Origin: an uncultured Bacteroidota bacterium
GTDB lineage: Bacteria; Bacteroidota; Bacteroidia; Chitinophagales; Chitinophagaceae
Direction: 5' to 3'
Assembly (NCBI GenBank): GCA_938008665.1
Contig: CALLKA010000149.1
Location: 694 to 64,693, forward strand
DNA length: 64,000 nucleotides
Every line of letters begins with the position of its first letter. The first letter of the stretch is position 1. A program made the translations under genes and the position numbers. Positions 59,381 through 64,000 of the stretch are shown piece by piece. Under the pieces are notes generated by a model. It saw only the letters and a list, made by a program, of their open reading frames with translations, was not told the DNA's origin and searched no databases.

Positions 59381-61477
59381 ATGATTCCTGATAATAAAAA
59401 AAAGAAAGGTTCGCCGTTGGGTGATGGTCCTAAGTTGCCTAAGTTCAATATATATTGGATTTATGGTTTAATTGCGATCTCCTTATTGTCTGCACGTTTT
59501 TTCCAAATGGCACCTGAAATTCGTCTTACGACTGAACAGGAATTTAAGCAAGTCATGCTTTCTAATGGCGATGTGGAGCGTATTGATTTGGTCCAAAATA
59601 AGGAGTTGGTTCGTGTATATATCAAACCAGATAGTATTGGAAAAGATTTTTATGTTCAAAAATTAAAAACAAAAATTGACAAAGCGAAAGTAAAGGGGGT
59701 TCCTTTATTTGAGTTTAGTGTTACGGATTGGAATAGCTTTAACGAACGTCTACAAAAATTTTATGAGCAAAAAGGAATTACTGAAATTCCTCAAAATACG
59801 GTGAAGGAAGGAGAGTGGTTTGGCCCAATTGCAAATACCATTTTTTCATTTGTATTAATTATTGTGGTTTGGGTTTTATTGATGCGCAAGATGGGCGGCG
59901 GCGGCGGAAGTGGCGGTGGCCCAGGTGGAATTTTTAATGTAGGTAAATCTAAGGCGACCTTATTTGAAAAAGGCGGCACTAAAGTCAATATTACTTTTGC
60001 AGATGTTGCAGGTTTGGAGGAAGCAAAGGAAGAAGTAATGGAGATTGTAGATTTCTTAAAACAACCAAAAAAATATACAGCACTCGGTGGTAAAATTCCT
60101 AAGGGCGCATTATTAATTGGTCCTCCAGGTACTGGTAAAACTTTATTAGCAAAAGCGATGGCGGGGGAAGCGCAAGTGCCTTTCTTTAGCTTAAGTGGAT
60201 CTGATTTTGTGGAGATGTTTGTGGGTGTGGGCGCAAGTCGTGTGCGTGATTTATTTAAACAAGCGCGTGAAAAAGCACCTTGTATTATTTTCATTGATGA
60301 GATTGATGCGATTGGTCGTGCACGTGGTAAAAATGCCATGATGAGCAATGATGAACGCGAAAATACATTGAACCAATTACTAGTGGAAATGGATGGCTTT
60401 GGTGGAGATACAGGAATTATTATTTTAGCTGCAACAAATCGTCCTGATGTATTAGATAGTGCCTTATTGAGACCAGGTCGTTTTGATCGTCAAATATCTA
60501 TTGATCGTCCTGATGTAAAAGGTCGTGAGGAAATATTTAAAGTGCATTTAGGCCCCATTAAAGTTTCTGAAAATTTAGACGTACATAAATTGGCGGAACA
60601 AACACCAGGTTTTGCGGGCGCTGATATTGCCAACGTATGTAATGAAGCAGCATTGATTGCAGCAAGAAAAGGAAAGACAGGTGTGGAGATGAAAGATTTT
60701 CAAGATGCCATTGATAGAGTAATCGGCGGACTAGAGAAAAAGAATAAAATTATTTCTAAGGAAGAAAAAGAAGTTATTGCTTATCATGAAGCAGGTCATG
60801 CAATATGTGGTTGGTTTTTAGAACATGCATATCCATTATTAAAAGTAACCATTGTACCTCGTGGTACTGCTGCGTTAGGTTATGCGCAATACACGCCCAA
60901 GGAGCAATACTTATATACAATTGAGCAATTAACGGATCAAATGTGTATGACTTTAGGCGGCCGTGCTGCAGAACAAATTTTCTTTGGTCGCATATCTACT
61001 GGTGCATCTAATGACTTACAACAAATCACTAAGATGGCTTATTCAATGGTGACTACTTATGGTATGAATGATAAAATTGGTAACGTAAGTTTTTACGATC
61101 CTTCTCAAGAAAATACTTTTCAAAAGCCTTTTAGCGAAGAAACAGGAAAAATTATCGATGAGGAAGTGCGTAAGATGATTGATGCTGCTTATCAAAGAAC
61201 TTTAGAATTGTTAACTTCTAAAAAAGAGCAAGTAGAGAAATTAGCAAAAGAATTATTAGACAAAGAAGTTTTACATAAAAGTGATGTGGAAGCGTTAATT
61301 GGAAACCGTCCATTTGAGGAAGAAAAAGTGGTTACTTTTGATGTAGAAGAAGGCAAGGATCAAGTTGCTCCTGTTGAAGCTCCGGTAGCTGATACAGTTT
61401 CAACTGAAGAAGTTGTCGTTGCTTCTCCAGATCAAGATATTGCAGCGGATAACACTGAAAAACCAAGTACCACTTAA
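59381..61477 (+). CDS. ftsH: ATP-dependent zinc metalloprotease FtsH
   Basis: Two TM segments, [40 protein letters not shown]. Confidence 0.98.
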   Translation: MIPDNKKKKGSPLGDGPKLPKFNIYWIYGLIAISLLSARFFQMAPEIRLTTEQEFKQVMLSNGDVERIDLVQNKELVRVYIKPDSIGKDFYVQKLKTKIDKAKVKGVPLFEFSVTDWNSFNERLQKFYEQKGITEIPQNTVKEGEWFGPIANTIFSFVLIIVVWVLLMRKMGGGGGSGGGPGGIFNVGKSKATLFEKGGTKVNITFADVAGLEEAKEEVMEIVDFLKQPKKYTALGGKIPKGALLIGPPGTGKTLLAKAMAGEAQVPFFSLSGSDFVEMFVGVGASRVRDLFKQAREKAPCIIFIDEIDAIGRARGKNAMMSNDERENTLNQLLVEMDGFGGDTGIIILAATNRPDVLDSALLRPGRFDRQISIDRPDVKGREEIFKVHLGPIKVSENLDVHKLAEQTPGFAGADIANVCNEAALIAARKGKTGVEMKDFQDAIDRVIGGLEKKNKIISKEEKEVIAYHEAGHAICGWFLEHAYPLLKVTIVPRGTAALGYAQYTPKEQYLYTIEQLTDQMCMTLGGRAAEQIFFGRISTGASNDLQQITKMAYSMVTTYGMNDKIGNVSFYDPSQENTFQKPFSEETGKIIDEEVRKMIDAAYQRTLELLTSKKEQVEKLAKELLDKEVLHKSDVEALIGNRPFEEEKVVTFDVEEGKDQVAPVEAPVADTVSTEEVVVASPDQDIAADNTEKPSTT

Positions 61478-61493
61478 GTATAAAACAGTTGTA

Positions 61494-62135
61494 ATGGAAT
61501 CACAAGGTGCAAGAAGTAAAATATTACAGAAAATCAAACAGGCCCTAAAGGATCCTGTACCTGTTCCTTTCCCAGACCAAGTTGCGGAAACACCTATATT
61601 TTATCCGACGGATCAGGAATTGACGATTGAATTTGCACAAAAATTTACCGAGTTATTAGGCAAGTTTGTATACTGTGCCGATGAAGCTGAATTGGTCAGT
61701 CAATTGAGTGGATTAATAAAAGCCAACCAATGGGAGAAAATTTATTCCATTGAAGAAGGTTGGTTAGATGATATGAAAGAATACCATTTCGACCCAGTAA
61801 ATACAGATGATTTGGCTGGATGCGATGCTGCGATTACTTTATGTGATCATTTAATTGCGAGAACTGGAACGATTGTATTAAGTAGTCAGCAATTAAGCGG
61901 CCGTACTACAAGTGTATATGCGCCTATTCATATTTGTATTGCTTACACGCATCAATTATTGTTTGATGTTTCAGATAGCTTGGCGCAGTTTAAAAAGGAA
62001 GCGGATGTAATACCAAGTATGATTAGTTATGCTACTGGGCCAAGTCGTACTGCAGATATTGAAAAAACTTTGGTCGTGGGGGTGCATGGTCCTAAAGAAG
62101 TGTATTGTTTTTTGGTTGATAAGTTAGTGGATTAG
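61494..62135 (+). CDS. LUD-domain protein (LutC/YkgG-like)
   Basis: LIARTGTIV, TGPSRTADIEKTLVVGVHGP. ATG 61494 avoids overlap with ftsH. Confidence 0.88.
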   Translation: MESQGARSKILQKIKQALKDPVPVPFPDQVAETPIFYPTDQELTIEFAQKFTELLGKFVYCADEAELVSQLSGLIKANQWEKIYSIEEGWLDDMKEYHFDPVNTDDLAGCDAAITLCDHLIARTGTIVLSSQQLSGRTTSVYAPIHICIAYTHQLLFDVSDSLAQFKKEADVIPSMISYATGPSRTADIEKTLVVGVHGPKEVYCFLVDKLVD

Positions 62136-62176
62136 GCAATTCGTATTTTAAAAATTGGTTTCTAAAGCCCAGTTAC

Positions 62177-62938
62177 ATGGAATTAGCACACGGTAAAAAA
62201 ATTTATTTCCTTTCTGATTTCCATTTGGGAGCACCCAATGCAATTGCTAGCCGTGAAAGAGAGCAACAGCTGGTGCAATTTCTTAAACAGGCCAAATCGG
62301 ATGCAGCCGCTATTTTTATTGTTGGAGATATTTTTGATTTTTGGTTTGAATACAAAACTGTCGTACCGAAGGGCTTTGTTCGGTTATTAGGGTGCTTGGC
62401 TGAAATTAGCGACGCCGGAATTCCCCTGCATATTTTTACTGGTAATCATGATTTATGGATGCGTGATTATTTAAAAGAGGAGCTTAATGCCCATGTGTAT
62501 TTTGAACCCATGCAATTTGAATTTGCTGGAAAGAAATTTTTCATTGGTCATGGTGATGGCTTGGGGCCAGGTGATGAAGGGTATAAGTTCATTAAAAAAA
62601 TATTTACCAATCCGGTTTGCCAATGGTTGTTTGGTTGGTTACACCCTGATTTGGGTATTCGATTGGCCAATTATTTTAGCGGAAAGAGTAGGGCAAAAAC
62701 AGGAAGTAGTGACGAGCAGTTTTTGGGCGAGGATAAGGAGTGGCTTATTATTTATACCAAACAAAAAGCAAAGGAGGTTGATGTTGCTTATTTTATTTTT
62801 GGACATCGACATTATGCAATTGATTTTAAAATAAGTGAAACAACAAGGTACATAAATTTAGGGGATTGGATTCGCCTTTATACCTATGGTGTTTTTGACG
62901 GAACTACGATGCAATTGTTGGAATGGAAAAAATTATAA
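62177..62938 (+). CDS. lpxH: UDP-2,3-diacylglucosamine diphosphatase (metallophosphoesterase)
   Basis: SDFHLG, GDIFDFW, GNHD, HGDG, FGHRH, NLGDW. Confidence 0.88.
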   Translation: MELAHGKKIYFLSDFHLGAPNAIASREREQQLVQFLKQAKSDAAAIFIVGDIFDFWFEYKTVVPKGFVRLLGCLAEISDAGIPLHIFTGNHDLWMRDYLKEELNAHVYFEPMQFEFAGKKFFIGHGDGLGPGDEGYKFIKKIFTNPVCQWLFGWLHPDLGIRLANYFSGKSRAKTGSSDEQFLGEDKEWLIIYTKQKAKEVDVAYFIFGHRHYAIDFKISETTRYINLGDWIRLYTYGVFDGTTMQLLEWKKL

Positions 62939-62951
62939 TTAATTCAATATT

Positions 62952-64000
62952 ATGCAACTAGACCTAGAATTTTTAAGCAATCCAATTCGCAGCTATTTAT
63001 ATATATTGGCTATTTTATTAGCGACATTTATTTTCAAAAGGTTCATCTCTCGTTTTTTTGCAAGTTTAATTTATACCTGGGTTGATAAGAAAAATCATTC
63101 TGAATTACGTAAAAGCCATGTGCATCGCTTGGTCGTGCCCATTGAACAATTTTTAATTTTTTTAGTCGCAGTAATTGCATTGTATGAATTAAAATTTCCA
63201 GTGTTATGGGATGTGCATTTATTTAAAGTGAGTTTACAACAGGTGATTGATTCTATTGTTAAATTAAGTTTTATAATTTTATTAATTAGGGTGTTTCTTC
63301 GAACACTTGAATTTGTATCGATTATATTGGAAGAAAAATCAAAATTAACCAAATCGCTTTCGGATGATCAATTGATTTTATTTTTTCGTGACTTTTTCAA
63401 AGTCATTTTATACATCATTGGTGTATTGCTAATTTTGCGTTATGTATTCAATGAAAATATCGGCAATTTAGTTACCAGCTTAAGTATCGTGGGTGCGGCC
63501 GTGGCCTTATCTATGCGCGAAAGCTTGGAAAATATCATCGCTTCCTTTATTATATTTTTTGACAAACCTTTTTCTGTTGGGGACTTAGTGAAAGTGAATA
63601 ATTTCACCGGCACCATTGAAAAAATTGGATTAAGAAGTACGCGAATTCGCACACAGGACAAAACATATATTACAGTTCCTAATAAACAAATGGTGGACAC
63701 TATTGTTGATAATATTAGTTGCAGAACAGAGCGTAAAATTGAAATGGATTTGCAAATCAGTGTCATAACTTCTGCAGACGCCTTAACAAATTTTGCTTTC
63801 TTTATGCGCTCCGAAATTGCAAAACATAATTCGATTATAAGCAGTTCAGTTTTTTTGTCAGACGCGGGAAAGCAATTTCATACCATCCATATTGAATGTT
63901 TTATTTCAATGTCAGCTGATTTAAATGTTTTTCAACAATTACGTGAAACTTTAAATTTGAAAGCGGTAGCTTATGCCAATGAAAATCAAATTAAATTTTC
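62952..64000 (+). CDS. MscS family mechanosensitive channel, 3'-truncated by the window edge (not in the ORF track)
   Basis: Manual translation from ATG 62952: MQLDLEFLSNPIRSY...SLSIVGAAVALSMRESLENIIASFIIFFDKPFSVGDLVKV..FTGTIEKIGLRSTRIRT..KTYITVPN. Confidence 0.9.
   Translation, partial: MQLDLEFLSNPIRSYLYILAILLATFIFKRFISRFFASLIYTWVDKKNHSELRKSHVHRLVVPIEQFLIFLVAVIALYELKFPVLWDVHLFKVSLQQVIDSIVKLSFIILLIRVFLRTLEFVSIILEEKSKLTKSLSDDQLILFFRDFFKVILYIIGVLLILRYVFNENIGNLVTSLSIVGAAVALSMRESLENIIASFIIFFDKPFSVGDLVKVNNFTGTIEKIGLRSTRIRTQDKTYITVPNKQMVDTIVDNISCRTERKIEMDLQISVITSADALTNFAFFMRSEIAKHNSIISSSVFLSDAGKQFHTIHIECFISMSADLNVFQQLRETLNLKAVAYANENQIKF

Noticed and set aside
59893-59930. GGC-rich tandem repeat in ftsH
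   Set aside because: It encodes the normal Gly-rich linker after the second TM helix.
1781-63766. Numerous 60-185 aa ORFs antisense to or overlapping long genes (e.g. 48018-48521, 59791-60348, 17721-18158, 63095-63352, 63440-63766)
   Set aside because: They are shadow ORFs of well-supported genes with no recognisable motifs; the last two are antisense to the MscS gene.
1-64000. CRISPR arrays, IS elements, integrases, prophage or defence genes
   Set aside because: None seen: no regularly spaced repeats and no transposase, integrase or phage-like ORFs.

Overview
AT-rich genomic window from a Bacteroidota bacterium. SusC/SusD genes and TAnnTTTG-type promoters support the phylum; the gene inventory looks Chitinophagaceae-like (inference). 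Bases 1-29.6 kb are an accessory carbohydrate-utilisation locus: GH95-like/DUF5703, beta-helix GH141-like, GH2-like and GH20 enzymes, SusC/SusD, a sodium:solute symporter, AraC, a mutarotase, an enolase-superfamily enzyme, an aldo/keto reductase and a PhyH dioxygenase, with an embedded DUF1553/DUF1501/cytochrome-c-LRR cassette. Three promoters in this locus share a 24-bp motif. Bases 30-64 kb are mostly housekeeping and metabolic genes, several of them orphan or half genes (N-terminal half of carB, 2-oxoacid oxidoreductase beta subunit alone, transketolase C-terminal half alone, Mo-oxidoreductase without an FAD subunit, lone selD). The most striking element is absent from the ORF track: a ~165-nt tRNA-shaped RNA gene on the minus strand at 29646-29813. 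It has a GUC (Asp) anticodon, a tRNA-Leu-like D-arm and a 92-nt structured domain in place of the variable loop, has its own promoter and terminator, and is divergent from an AsnC/Lrp regulator. All family calls come from motif recognition only; no searches were run.
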